Source: a bacterium
Lineage (GTDB): Bacteria > Babelota > Babeliae > Babelales > JABCYS01
DNA length: 30,845 nucleotides
Reading direction: 5' to 3'
Assembly (NCBI GenBank): GCA_027452085.1
Contig: DAIDHG010000005.1
Location: forward strand, 1-30,845
Shown here: one piece after another, positions 16,663 through 26,421 of the stretch
Layout: each line of letters starts with the position of its first letter
Numbering within the stretch: the stretch's first letter is position 1
Position numbers and translations under genes: made by a program
Notes under the pieces: generated by a model
Seen by the model: only the letters and a program-made list of their open reading frames with translations
Told to the model about the DNA's origin: nothing
Database searches by the model: none

Positions 16663-17430
16663 TTAAACCAAATATGTATTAAGCCTGTTGTGCCATCCTT
16701 CAAGCCAACAGCGCGTTGATGGATCTCGTTGTGTGCGATTGGTGAGTAACTGCTTTGCACTATCAACAAATTGTCGCACCGCAGCTTCGTCATTTTTTGC
16801 ATGCATAGTTTCTAAAACCTGCAATAAACCCCACCCATTTTCTTTCTTGGCATGTGAAATGCCCTCGCCTTTAAAATTTATATAATCGATGAGCGCATAC
16901 AACCCTTTTTCAGAGCGCATGAGGCAATCAAATTGTCTTTTGATATGCATTTTTTTGTGATGCGGTACCGCGGCCAATATTTTCGGTAGTGCGTCATCTA
17001 AACGTTTTACCATGAAAGCGATTTGGGCATCAATAGTGTCGACTAAGAATGCTTCGAGCTCTTTCATTTTTTTGCTATTTCGAGCCTGGATAAATTCGCG
17101 CCGCGTGCGCCAGGGGCAGTGGCAACCATTTTTTATATCGAGCCATTCCGGCACTTTAATGCCATGCTGCACCATAAACTCAATCAAAGAAGGAAAGCTG
17201 TGTGAGAAAGGGCGGCTTTTGCCTTTGGGGCACCACAAAAAGTGGCCAATGCCGACTGAGGCAAATGATTCATTCTTGTTCCAAAATAACAGACCTTCAA
17301 TAGAGCCGCCGCATTCATTTCGCCAGATCTTTTTACCCACAGCTTGAGCTTGTCGCGTGGTCAGGCGAATTGGTTTTGGCATAAGGCTGATGGTGAGAAT
17401 GATGCAGAGAAATAACAATATCTTTTTCAT
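16663..17430 (-). CDS. Secreted hypothetical protein, possible lysozyme-like fold
   Basis: Signal peptide; WRNE...SVGIGHF, ALIDYINFKGEG and GWHNRL resemble lysozyme-superfamily motifs. Confidence 0.6.
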   Translation of the reverse strand: MKKILLFLCIILTISLMPKPIRLTTRQAQAVGKKIWRNECGGSIEGLLFWNKNESFASVGIGHFLWCPKGKSRPFSHSFPSLIEFMVQHGIKVPEWLDIKNGCHCPWRTRREFIQARNSKKMKELEAFLVDTIDAQIAFMVKRLDDALPKILAAVPHHKKMHIKRQFDCLMRSEKGLYALIDYINFKGEGISHAKKENGWGLLQVLETMHAKNDEAAVRQFVDSAKQLLTNRTQRDPSTRCWLEGWHNRLNTYLV

Positions 17431-17460
17431 GGGGTAAAACCTGTTGCTGGCTGTCTATTG

Positions 17461-17697
17461 CTAATTCATAAGCAAGCGTACGCGTGACCGCGTAACTTCC
17501 ATAACACCGCGTGGTACCGCAATCACTTCTTCTCCGCCTGCCGGCAGGGTGGCGATGGCAGTGCTATTATCCGCCAACGTCATCACCGCGGGTGCATGCC
17601 CTGGTTGTATGATTAAGTTGCCGATGCCAGTGTTTACCTCCAGCCAGGCGATGACAAAGGTGCGATATTCATTCGGTGTTAAAATTTCGAGCGTCAT
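17461..17697 (-). CDS. atpC: ATP synthase epsilon subunit-like, beta-sandwich domain only
   Basis: MTLEILTP...G.L.I.PGHAP...G.MEV...V.LL matches the epsilon N-domain; 78 aa. Confidence 0.72.
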   Translation of the reverse strand: MTLEILTPNEYRTFVIAWLEVNTGIGNLIIQPGHAPAVMTLADNSTAIATLPAGGEEVIAVPRGVMEVTRSRVRLLMN

Positions 17698-17714
17698 GTG
17701 TATCCCAGTTGTTA

Positions 17715-19676
17715 CTACAAGCCGAGCGGATTTGGGGTATAGAATATACGCGATCGTATATTTCTTGCATCTATCGTTGCCAATAATGAAGCAATATGGT
17801 TAATCGTGGGTGCTTTTAAGTAAATTTTGCGTACAAACCAGTTATTCATCTTATGTACCGGCGGCAGGGCTGGTCCAAGAATCTGTATATTATGTTTGTT
17901 GGCTGTATACAGTTGTTCTGCAATTGCCTGTGCCTCTTTTTCTAACTGTGCTTCGTCAGTGCCTCTCATTTCCAACTCTGCCAACCGTTTGCAGGGTGGG
18001 TAGCCGAGTATTTCGCGATGTGCAATCTCCGTTGTATAAAACTCTGGATATTTGGTTTCTTCTAGGTAATTAAAGATCGGGTGATCAATCATTGATTGGA
18101 TGATTACCTGACTGCCTTTTGAGGCGCGGCCTGCGCGGCCAGCCACCTGAATGAGCTGTTGTAAGCAGGTTTCTGCGGCATTAAATATTGGCATGCTTAA
18201 ATTTACATCGGCCCACAAAACGCCGACCAAGGTAACTTTGGGAAAATGATACCCTTTGGTCACCATCTGTGTGCCAACCAAAATATCCAGCTGATACTGT
18301 GTCATTGCATCGATGGTCTGCTGCCATTTTTTTCGTTCAGCCGTGCTATCTAAATCAGCTCGGCCAATTCGTGCGTGCGGAAAAAGTTTTTGCAAGGTGG
18401 TAACTACTTGTTGGGTGCCGATTCCTTTATTCAATAGATTACTGCTCTTGCATGAGCTGCATGCGGTTGGGGCTTGTTGGGCATATTCGCAATAATGGCA
18501 ACGCAGCGAGTTGTTTGTTTCTGATACGTGTAAGGTCAGGCTTACCGAACAGTTTGGGCAGGAGAATATAAAACTGCACTCCTTGCACTGCACAAAGAAA
18601 CAAAACCCTCGGCGATTCATAAAAATAATGGTTTGCTCGCCTTTCTCTAATCGATCGGCAATTGCTCGTTCAAGCTCAGGAGTGATCCAAAAATTTTTGC
18701 GCTGTTTTTGATCGCGCAACGGAACGACGGTAATCGATGGGAATGCGCCCGCATATCTCTGCTCGAGTTTGTGCAACGGCCAGCCCTTGGTTTTGACCTG
18801 ATGCAGTGTCTGGAGTGATGGGGTGGCTGAGCCAAGCACAATGGGGATTTTTTGCTGCTGCGCCCGCAAAAGAGCGGCTTCTTTTGCATTGATTTTTGGG
18901 TATCGTTTTTCTTGAAAACCGGTCTCATGCTCTTCGTCGACCACGATCAAACCCAGATGCGGAATGGGCAGTAACATGGGCAGATGCACGCCAATAATGA
19001 GTTGCGGTTTGCCATAGAGGAGTGACTGCCACAATCTCTTTTTTTCCTTCACCGAACTTGCTGAATGAAATCCCACCACCTGATCGGCAGAAAACCATTG
19101 TTTGAAGGTATGCTCAAAGGCGACTGCCATCATCACTTCTGGCAGTAAGAGAATGACGCTTTTGCCTTGGCCCAGGGCCTGTTGAATGAGAAAGCGATAT
19201 ACCATGGTTTTGCCTGATCCCGTGACACCATGTATGACGTGTGGTGAGAATTCATTGGTATCTAATGAAGGGAGGATGGCATCGACGGCCGTTTGTTGCT
19301 CTGCGGTGAGTTGTGCTTCGCGCGCTTGGGTTTGGTCAGGTGGCGAGCTGGGTTCTTGTGCCGTTACGGGGGAGCCAATAAATTGCTTCATCCGCCAAAT
19401 GAAACGCAATGGATCAATACGATAATAATCAGCCAACTTTTTTATGTATGGCTGGAAATGGTCATCATGAGGAAAGGGCTCAAGGCCAATAATGTCTTTG
19501 ATTTCGTATGCCGTTTGTGGTTTGTTTACCCGCGCTATAACCAATGCAACACGGGTGCTTGTTCGTACCGGAACGCGCACTAATGACCCGACCTTTATCT
19601 GATCGGGAAGTCCTTCAGGTATACGATACGTGAGCGGTTCGATAACACCGCCAAAGAGGGTGACATTAATATACAT
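17715..19676 (-). CDS. priA: Primosomal protein N' (replication restart helicase)
   Basis: HGVTGSGKT, VVDEEHE, LGSATPS, NRRGF, four CxxC pairs, GTQMVTKG, QVAGRAGR. Confidence 0.96.
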   Translation of the reverse strand: MYINVTLFGGVIEPLTYRIPEGLPDQIKVGSLVRVPVRTSTRVALVIARVNKPQTAYEIKDIIGLEPFPHDDHFQPYIKKLADYYRIDPLRFIWRMKQFIGSPVTAQEPSSPPDQTQAREAQLTAEQQTAVDAILPSLDTNEFSPHVIHGVTGSGKTMVYRFLIQQALGQGKSVILLLPEVMMAVAFEHTFKQWFSADQVVGFHSASSVKEKKRLWQSLLYGKPQLIIGVHLPMLLPIPHLGLIVVDEEHETGFQEKRYPKINAKEAALLRAQQQKIPIVLGSATPSLQTLHQVKTKGWPLHKLEQRYAGAFPSITVVPLRDQKQRKNFWITPELERAIADRLEKGEQTIIFMNRRGFCFFVQCKECSFIFSCPNCSVSLTLHVSETNNSLRCHYCEYAQQAPTACSSCKSSNLLNKGIGTQQVVTTLQKLFPHARIGRADLDSTAERKKWQQTIDAMTQYQLDILVGTQMVTKGYHFPKVTLVGVLWADVNLSMPIFNAAETCLQQLIQVAGRAGRASKGSQVIIQSMIDHPIFNYLEETKYPEFYTTEIAHREILGYPPCKRLAELEMRGTDEAQLEKEAQAIAEQLYTANKHNIQILGPALPPVHKMNNWFVRKIYLKAPTINHIASLLATIDARNIRSRIFYTPNPLGL

Positions 19677-19755
19677 TGCGCACTGATTCGTGATGTAAAT
19701 AGTTTATTGGCTTGCAACTGTACCGGAGGCGATTTTTTATGCAATTCGTGGTTCG

Positions 19756-20865
19756 TTATTTGAGCGGTATTTTCTGCAATAACGTCGCATTAAATTTCTT
19801 TGCGCGGTTTTCGATTCGGTCAAAAGTTAAAAGGCCTTCTTTGGTATCCATATGGGAAATGACTGATGAAGCATTTGCGATCCCGTAACGAATTGCTTGC
19901 TCGACAGAATGGGTAAGGAAGTAGGTGGCGGTGAAGGTTGAGCCAAATGCGTCACCAGCGCCGACCGTGTTGACCACCTTAACCGGAGCACTGGGATGAA
20001 AGTAGATGGTATCTTTGGTTGCTGCATACACGCCTTCGGCACCATTGGTTACTACTACAACCTTGGGCCCTAAACGCAACACTGCTTGGAAGAAATGGTC
20101 AAGCTGAAACCAGAGATCTTCAACGTTAATGGAGCCGCTCAGGAGAGATGGTTTTGTTTTTTTAGCTTTTTTGACCGTTGTCGGAGCGCCGGACTCTAAA
20201 TTTTTTGCTTGTGCCAATGAGAGCATAAATAGTTTTGCCTCAGCGCTATTCATGATAAGCAGATCAACGTATTTTAATGATTCACGTAATATCGGAGCGC
20301 CAGCGATTAATTGGCTACCGCCGGGGTTGATTGCAACAGGGATACCATGCTTATGTGCATATTCTGCTATTGGCAATAAAAGTTTGGATGAATCACCACT
20401 TAAGGAAGTGATATATAAAAGATCTGATTTTTTGATTTGATCAAAAGGTAGTTCCTTCAAAACCATTTGTGTATTGATGCCACGCATGGCCATGATAACG
20501 CGATCACGTTCAAGAGAGGGTATAACAAATGATGTGCCCGATTGCCCACCTTTTGCGACAATTACATTATCGGTAGAAACGCCTTCTTCATCTAATTTTT
20601 TAAGAATGAACTGACCGGCTGAATCATCACCTATTTTAATGAAGGTGGCAGCATTAAAGCCCATGCGCTCAAAAGAGATGGCGGTGTTTACGGCACCGCC
20701 ACCTGTCGAATACAAGAGCTCACTTACTTCTATTTTTGCACCTTCTTGAAGCAAGAGGTACGACTGCATTCCTTTGGCGGTGTGCAAACGCATTGTTTCA
20801 GCATTTGCATAGCGGATGTAAATATCCTGCGTTGCCCCGCCAAGGGTAAGAACTTTCTTTGCCAC
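19756..20865 (-). CDS. PfkB/ribokinase family carbohydrate kinase
   Basis: GGATQD, GGGAVN, IGDDSAG, VTNGAEG, TVGAGDAF. Confidence 0.92.
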   Translation of the reverse strand: MAKKVLTLGGATQDIYIRYANAETMRLHTAKGMQSYLLLQEGAKIEVSELLYSTGGGAVNTAISFERMGFNAATFIKIGDDSAGQFILKKLDEEGVSTDNVIVAKGGQSGTSFVIPSLERDRVIMAMRGINTQMVLKELPFDQIKKSDLLYITSLSGDSSKLLLPIAEYAHKHGIPVAINPGGSQLIAGAPILRESLKYVDLLIMNSAEAKLFMLSLAQAKNLESGAPTTVKKAKKTKPSLLSGSINVEDLWFQLDHFFQAVLRLGPKVVVVTNGAEGVYAATKDTIYFHPSAPVKVVNTVGAGDAFGSTFTATYFLTHSVEQAIRYGIANASSVISHMDTKEGLLTFDRIENRAKKFNATLLQKIPLK

Positions 20866-20967
20866 CCAACAAATCCTTTGTTTTGTCGTTTACTATCTTT
20901 GGCCTGAAATTATCAAAACCAAGTATATAGAAAATGACAGTTCTGAGCAGTCAATTTTTACAAAGGT

Positions 20968-23379
20968 TTATGACCCTTGTTTTTTAGCTTCATAGACCGT
21001 GGCCCGACGAGACCAAGACCCTGATTGCTTTGGCTGTTCAATAGGTTTTAATACATGCTTAATTACTTCATCAGCATGATCAACCCAAATCACATTCATG
21101 TTCTGAGCCACCTCTTCAAGACCGATTAAGTCGTTCTTGTTTTTGGTTGGGAAGATAACATTCTGCACGCCATTTCGTTTTGCGGCCAATAGTTTTTCTT
21201 TTACCCCGCCAATTGGCATCACATCACCGCGTAAATTGAGTTCGCCTGTCATTGCATATTGTGAATTCAACGCCCGGCCGGTCAGGGCAGAAAGTATTGA
21301 TGAAAGCATCGTAATACCCGCCGATGGACCATCCTTAGGAACGGCACCTGCTGGAACGTGAATATGCAGGTCGGTTGAGCTAAAGATCTTATCTTGTATG
21401 TTAAATTCTTTAGCGTGTGCCCGTGCATAACTTAACGCAGCTTGTGCCGACTCTTTCATCACGTTGCCCAATTGGCCCGTGAGAATTAAGCGACCCTTGC
21501 CAGGCATTAATACTGCTTCGATCTTTAACATTTCTCCGCCATAGGCAGTCCATGCAAGACCGTTGGCAATACCTACTTGGTCTTTGTGGTTGGCGTCATC
21601 GCCGACAAACTTTTGCGGACCAAGGAATCGCTCAATAGTGTCGATATTGAATTCAACTAATTTATGTTCTTCTACTAAGGTACGCGCTGCTTTTTGGAAC
21701 ACTTTGCGTATGGTGCGATCAAGTTGACGAACCCCAGATTCTCGGGTGTAGCTACCAACAATTGCCTTAATAACATCGTTGCTTACGGTAATTGGATGTT
21801 TATCCAAACCGCAATCCGCGATTGCACGTTGCACCAGATAATCTTTTGCAATATGAACCTTTTCTTCTTCGGTATAGCCAGATAAGGTGATAATTTCCAT
21901 ACGGTCACGCAGCGGATCAGAAATATTTTCAATATTGTTTGCTGTTGCGATAAAGATGACCTTTGATAAATCAAATGGCACACCAAGATAGTTATCGTAG
22001 AAAGTCTTATTCTGTTGCGGGTCTAAAACCTCCAACATGGCCGCTGATGGATCACCGCGGAAATCAGAACCGATCTTATCAATTTCGTCGATGATCATAA
22101 CTGGATTTAATGAACCAGCTTTGCGGATGCCTTGGATGAATCTTCCTGGCATTGCACCAACGTAGGTACGTCTGTGCCCACGAATTTCAGCTTCGTCTTT
22201 CACGCCACCCAATGAAATTCGAATGAATTCACGGCCTAAAGCGCGAGCGATTGATTTGCCAAGTGAGGTTTTACCCACCCCTGGAGGACCAGAGAAACAG
22301 AGAATTGGGGCATAACCATCTTGTTTAAGATTTCGGATCGAAATGAAGTCTAGAATACGATCTTTGATCTCTTTCAATCCATAGTGATCTGTATCAAGTA
22401 CTTGTTTAGCATTATTGATATCAAGATTGTCCTGCGTCTCATGATTCCATGGCATTGCAAAGACCCAATCAAGATAGTTTCGAGTCACGGTTGCTTCCAT
22501 AGAATCTGACGACATACGCTCAAGTCTATTAATTTGGCGTGATGCTTCAGTGCGAACCTCTTCTGGAACTTGAAGTTTTGCCAGTTTGTCGCGCATTGCT
22601 TCAATTTCTTCTGCCTCATCATCACCCAGCTCTTTTTTAATGGCGCGTAACTGTTCTCGAAGGTAATACTCCTTCTGAGATTTATTCATAGAATCGCGCG
22701 CATTGGTTTTGATGCGTTCTTGCACTTCAGCAACTTCAATTTCTTGGCTGAGTTGATGGTAGATCTCGGCCAAAAATTCCTTTTGGCTTGCCGTTTCTAA
22801 TAATTCTTGCGCACGTTCGACTGAAAGATTGAGGTGTGATAATACAAAATCAGCAATCTTTTCAGGATCTTGAATTTTTGAAAGAATTACATGGAAATCT
22901 GGGCTAAATGATTGCCCTGCTGCCGCCATTTTCTCAGCAAGTTCTTTAATATTCTTAATTTGAGCTGCCAATTCTGGATCTTCAGAATTAGAAGCGAATG
23001 GTACGTCCTTAACCGTTGCGCTCAGCATTTCATCATTAGCTTGTAACTCCTGTACGCGAGCCTTTGAAATACCTTGCACTAAGATTTTTACCCCACCCTC
23101 TGGTATTTTGATAAGACGCATGATGGTTGCTACGGTACCCGTGCTATAGAGATCTTGGGTGCCGATAGCGCCCTGATAATCTGCCACCTGCTTTTTTGCA
23201 GCGAGTAACAGCACATGCTTTGAGCCATCGAGTGCTTTATTGATTCCCTTGATAATCCGTTCATCTAACACAAGTAGTGGAACGATCATATGCGGAAATA
23301 CAACCACGTCCATTGTTGGTATGACTGGTAGAGATTTCGGGACAAGTTCGTTTACGGTTTTTGGTGTTCCGCTCTTCAT
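20968..23379 (-). CDS. lon: Lon protease
   Basis: LON N-domain, GPPGVGKTS, RGHRRTYVGAMPG, PKDGPSAG catalytic Ser, IGGVKEK. Confidence 0.98.
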   Translation of the reverse strand: MKSGTPKTVNELVPKSLPVIPTMDVVVFPHMIVPLLVLDERIIKGINKALDGSKHVLLLAAKKQVADYQGAIGTQDLYSTGTVATIMRLIKIPEGGVKILVQGISKARVQELQANDEMLSATVKDVPFASNSEDPELAAQIKNIKELAEKMAAAGQSFSPDFHVILSKIQDPEKIADFVLSHLNLSVERAQELLETASQKEFLAEIYHQLSQEIEVAEVQERIKTNARDSMNKSQKEYYLREQLRAIKKELGDDEAEEIEAMRDKLAKLQVPEEVRTEASRQINRLERMSSDSMEATVTRNYLDWVFAMPWNHETQDNLDINNAKQVLDTDHYGLKEIKDRILDFISIRNLKQDGYAPILCFSGPPGVGKTSLGKSIARALGREFIRISLGGVKDEAEIRGHRRTYVGAMPGRFIQGIRKAGSLNPVMIIDEIDKIGSDFRGDPSAAMLEVLDPQQNKTFYDNYLGVPFDLSKVIFIATANNIENISDPLRDRMEIITLSGYTEEEKVHIAKDYLVQRAIADCGLDKHPITVSNDVIKAIVGSYTRESGVRQLDRTIRKVFQKAARTLVEEHKLVEFNIDTIERFLGPQKFVGDDANHKDQVGIANGLAWTAYGGEMLKIEAVLMPGKGRLILTGQLGNVMKESAQAALSYARAHAKEFNIQDKIFSSTDLHIHVPAGAVPKDGPSAGITMLSSILSALTGRALNSQYAMTGELNLRGDVMPIGGVKEKLLAAKRNGVQNVIFPTKNKNDLIGLEEVAQNMNVIWVDHADEVIKHVLKPIEQPKQSGSWSRRATVYEAKKQGS

Positions 23380-23574
23380 AAGTTTCCCCTTTTTTATTTT
23401 TACGGGATGGCACCAGTTCGAATTTTTGGTTCCTGCTCCCTGACATACCTAAGTCTAGAAAATTGATTCCATGAAAAACAAGATTTGGAAACCCGGTGTT
23501 AGGCTTTTGCTTGGAAAAAGCTACTATATATCGTCTTAAATGATCATGTTAACAATCACAGTTATGGTTTTACC

Positions 23575-24210
23575 GTGGAAGACAAGTTAACCGTAATCGA
23601 TCTACATAAAAGTTTTTTGCAGGGCGGCCAGCCAGTCGAAGTAATCAAAGGTATATCGATTACGTTCGAGCAAGGTAAAACGTATGCAATAACAGGAGTT
23701 TCCGGCTCCGGGAAATCAACCTTTTTGCAACTGTTGGCCGGACTAGATGCGCCTACTTCGGGCGTTATCAAATGCAGTTCTGGCATACAATTAGCTATGG
23801 TTTTTCAATTTCCCTATCTCATACGCGAGCTTTCAGTTTTTGAAAATGTGATGCTCAAAGGGTTTATTGCCGGTCGAGCTCGTGCCGCGGGAGAAGCAGA
23901 AGCAGCTGAATTATTGGATGCCGTTGGCTTAGCAGATAAGCGTGATGCATACCCCGGCACGCTTTCGGGAGGTCAGCAACAACGGGTGGCTATTGCCCGT
24001 GCCTTGTTCAATCATCCGCATTTTTTGCTTGCCGATGAGCCGACTGGTGCTTTGGATGAAGATACGGGGAAAAAGATCATCGACTTATTAATTACTCTGA
24101 GCAAGAGATGGAATATGGGGTTAATTATAAGCTCTCATGATCCGTATGTGGCACACCAGATGAACGAAGTTTTAGAAATGCATCATGGCACGCTTATAAG
24201 AAAGAAATAA
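23575..24210 (+). CDS. lolD: LolD-like ABC ATP-binding protein
   Basis: GVSGSGKST, LSGGQQQRVAIARAL, LADEPTGALD, SSHD. Confidence 0.75.
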   Translation: MEDKLTVIDLHKSFLQGGQPVEVIKGISITFEQGKTYAITGVSGSGKSTFLQLLAGLDAPTSGVIKCSSGIQLAMVFQFPYLIRELSVFENVMLKGFIAGRARAAGEAEAAELLDAVGLADKRDAYPGTLSGGQQQRVAIARALFNHPHFLLADEPTGALDEDTGKKIIDLLITLSKRWNMGLIISSHDPYVAHQMNEVLEMHHGTLIRKK

Positions 24211-24250
24211 CATATCGGCAGAAATATTTTCTCAGCCGCGCAACTACAGG

Positions 24251-25885
24251 ATGTTTATGCAGATACAACGACAAAAATCACCACCGCCATTAGTTCTTCC
24301 CGAATCCCCAAAACGATCGACGCATATGCATACGCGGTCAATTTTGACCAAAGCCTTGCAGGTAGGTGGCTCCACGGTTTTAAGTCGCGGCCTTGCCGTC
24401 GTGCGAGATAAATTTCTTATTCAATACATGGGCTCTGGTATTATCCAAGATGCTTTTCGTGTTGCTTTTAAGCTGCCTAATACCTTGCGTCAGATTTTTG
24501 CTGAAGGTGCCTTGAGCCCTGTGGTGGTGCCAACGATTGTAAAATTGGAGCGCTCAGGTGAGCGTGAGCAGGTTAATTCTTTGATGAGTTTGTCATTTCT
24601 CGTTTTTGAAGGAACCGTGCTCGTGCTCTGTGCGATGGCGTTTATGTGGGCTCCTACCGTGATTGGGTTTACGGCGCCCGGATGGTCGGGATACCAAGCA
24701 GAGCTTGCGGCTCGCCTCTTGCGTATTCTTGTCTCCTACATTTTCTTCATTTCCTGCAATTCTCTCTTTGCGGGCGCCTTGCAGGCGGTGCACCATTTCT
24801 TGGTGCCTGCGTTGACCCCGGCAATCAATAACATCTGTTTCATTGGTGGTTTGTTAACGTGTATGTTCTTTAAGCTGCCTGTTGAATACTTTTGCTTATT
24901 TGTGCTGCTTGGTGGTTTTGTGCAATTCGTTTTGCATGTTGGGATGTACATAAAGCTTGGATTTAGATTTGGTGCAATCACGCCTCGCACCTGGGAACAA
25001 TTTAAGCCGGTGCTTGGCAAATTTATTCCCGCAATGCTCAGCGGCGGCATGATGCAACTGAGCTCATTAGTCGATACTTATTACGCATCATATCTCCCTG
25101 CTGGTTCGATCACCATATTAGATTTGGCCTCAGGCTTCATGCGCATTCCGTTGGGCATGATTGGTGTGGCATTGTCAACGATTCTTTTGTCTCACTTTTC
25201 ACGCGTTGTATTGTATGCGCCGAAACGACTGAGCTTCTACTTGCTTGAATCGGTGAAGTTTGTCTTTTGGCTTACCATACCGATTACAATGACTATGATG
25301 TTCTTTTCGGAAAAAATTTTCTATACGTTATTCCACTCTGATAAATTTTCATTTGCGCAAGTAACAGAAGCAAAGTTAGTGTTGAGCGCTTTCTTGGTTG
25401 GCTTATTTTTCCATTCAATGAATAAAGTGTTGCTGAGCGTCTATTATGCTGCTCATCAAGTATGGATTCCGGCTCTGATTACGTCGGTGGCATTGGCCGT
25501 AAATATCATGCTGTGCAAATGGTGGGTAATGACTTTTCAAGCAACCGGTTTGGCTATAGCGACCTCCGTATCAGCATCGTTACAAGCACTGTTTTTCATC
25601 GCCCTACTCCGCTGGAAATTCAATTTCAAAATGTATGCAGCCCCATTTGCTTTGTTTCTCGTGCGCTACATGACTCAGTTGCTCTTGGTCAGTTTTGGAT
25701 TTTTAGCGGCATACTACAGTGTATTATCTGCTATCGAACGCTTGCCACAACAGATTTTACAGCTGCTGACGATGTCTATACTTTTCTGGGGGTGGGTCTT
25801 CCCACTGCTTGCAGTCGCCGGCTATGTTCTTTATAAGACTCGTGATATGTTTAAGATCCGATTGCATTTCATTAGAGATTTATAA
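24251..25885 (+). CDS. murJ: Lipid II flippase MurJ (MviN)
   Basis: LSRGLAVVRD, AF.VAFKLPNTLRQIFAEGAL, many TM helices. True start may be ATG 24326. Confidence 0.93.
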   Translation: MFMQIQRQKSPPPLVLPESPKRSTHMHTRSILTKALQVGGSTVLSRGLAVVRDKFLIQYMGSGIIQDAFRVAFKLPNTLRQIFAEGALSPVVVPTIVKLERSGEREQVNSLMSLSFLVFEGTVLVLCAMAFMWAPTVIGFTAPGWSGYQAELAARLLRILVSYIFFISCNSLFAGALQAVHHFLVPALTPAINNICFIGGLLTCMFFKLPVEYFCLFVLLGGFVQFVLHVGMYIKLGFRFGAITPRTWEQFKPVLGKFIPAMLSGGMMQLSSLVDTYYASYLPAGSITILDLASGFMRIPLGMIGVALSTILLSHFSRVVLYAPKRLSFYLLESVKFVFWLTIPITMTMMFFSEKIFYTLFHSDKFSFAQVTEAKLVLSAFLVGLFFHSMNKVLLSVYYAAHQVWIPALITSVALAVNIMLCKWWVMTFQATGLAIATSVSASLQALFFIALLRWKFNFKMYAAPFALFLVRYMTQLLLVSFGFLAAYYSVLSAIERLPQQILQLLTMSILFWGWVFPLLAVAGYVLYKTRDMFKIRLHFIRDL

Positions 25886-25902
25886 AGAGCGAAGAGATTG
25901 AC

Positions 25903-26334
25903 GTGAAGCATGAATTTTCTGCCGGGGTTATCGTCTATTATCCAGGCCAGCATGGCACTGAGTTTTTATTGATCTATGCCAAAGCCACCAATTACTGGGG
26001 GTTTCCTAAGGGCAAATTGGAAAATAACGAAACGAAACAGCAAGCGGCCATTCGTGAAACAAAAGAAGAGACTGGGCTGGATGTAAAGCTGGTTGCCCCA
26101 TTTGAGCATACTATTTCCTACTTTTTCAGAGATAAAAAGGCAACGTTAATAAAAAAGACCGTTTATTTTTATGTGGGCCGTGCGCCAAACAAGCAGATTG
26201 TATTATCTCGTGAACACGATGAATTCGTTTGGTTGCCCTATGCCGAGGCTCGTTCAAAGATCACGTATGACAATGACAGTGAAGCATTTGAGCGCGCCGT
26301 GGCTTTTCTCAAATCGGAACAGCTCAATAGCTAG
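25903..26334 (+). CDS. NUDIX hydrolase, Ap4A hydrolase-like
   Basis: SAGVIVY, WGFPKG, Nudix box GKLENNETKQQAAIRETKEETGL, LSREH..FVW. Confidence 0.88.
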   Translation: MKHEFSAGVIVYYPGQHGTEFLLIYAKATNYWGFPKGKLENNETKQQAAIRETKEETGLDVKLVAPFEHTISYFFRDKKATLIKKTVYFYVGRAPNKQIVLSREHDEFVWLPYAEARSKITYDNDSEAFERAVAFLKSEQLNS

Positions 26335-26421
26335 TCATAATATTGATTTATGTTGGCCATGTTGGTATTGAGTGTGCCAAACGCGTAGACTTGCTCACAA
26401 CAATCATTTTAGGGTTATTGT

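Noticed and set aside
18670..18685. CAAGCTCAGGA in priA resembling the palindromic element
   Set aside because: No second arm, and it encodes ordinary PriA sequence (ITPELE) with no apparent insertion.
23404..23440. GTTCGAAT resembling a tRNA T-loop upstream of lon
   Set aside because: No proper T-stem, D-arm or anticodon arm; only a weak hairpin.
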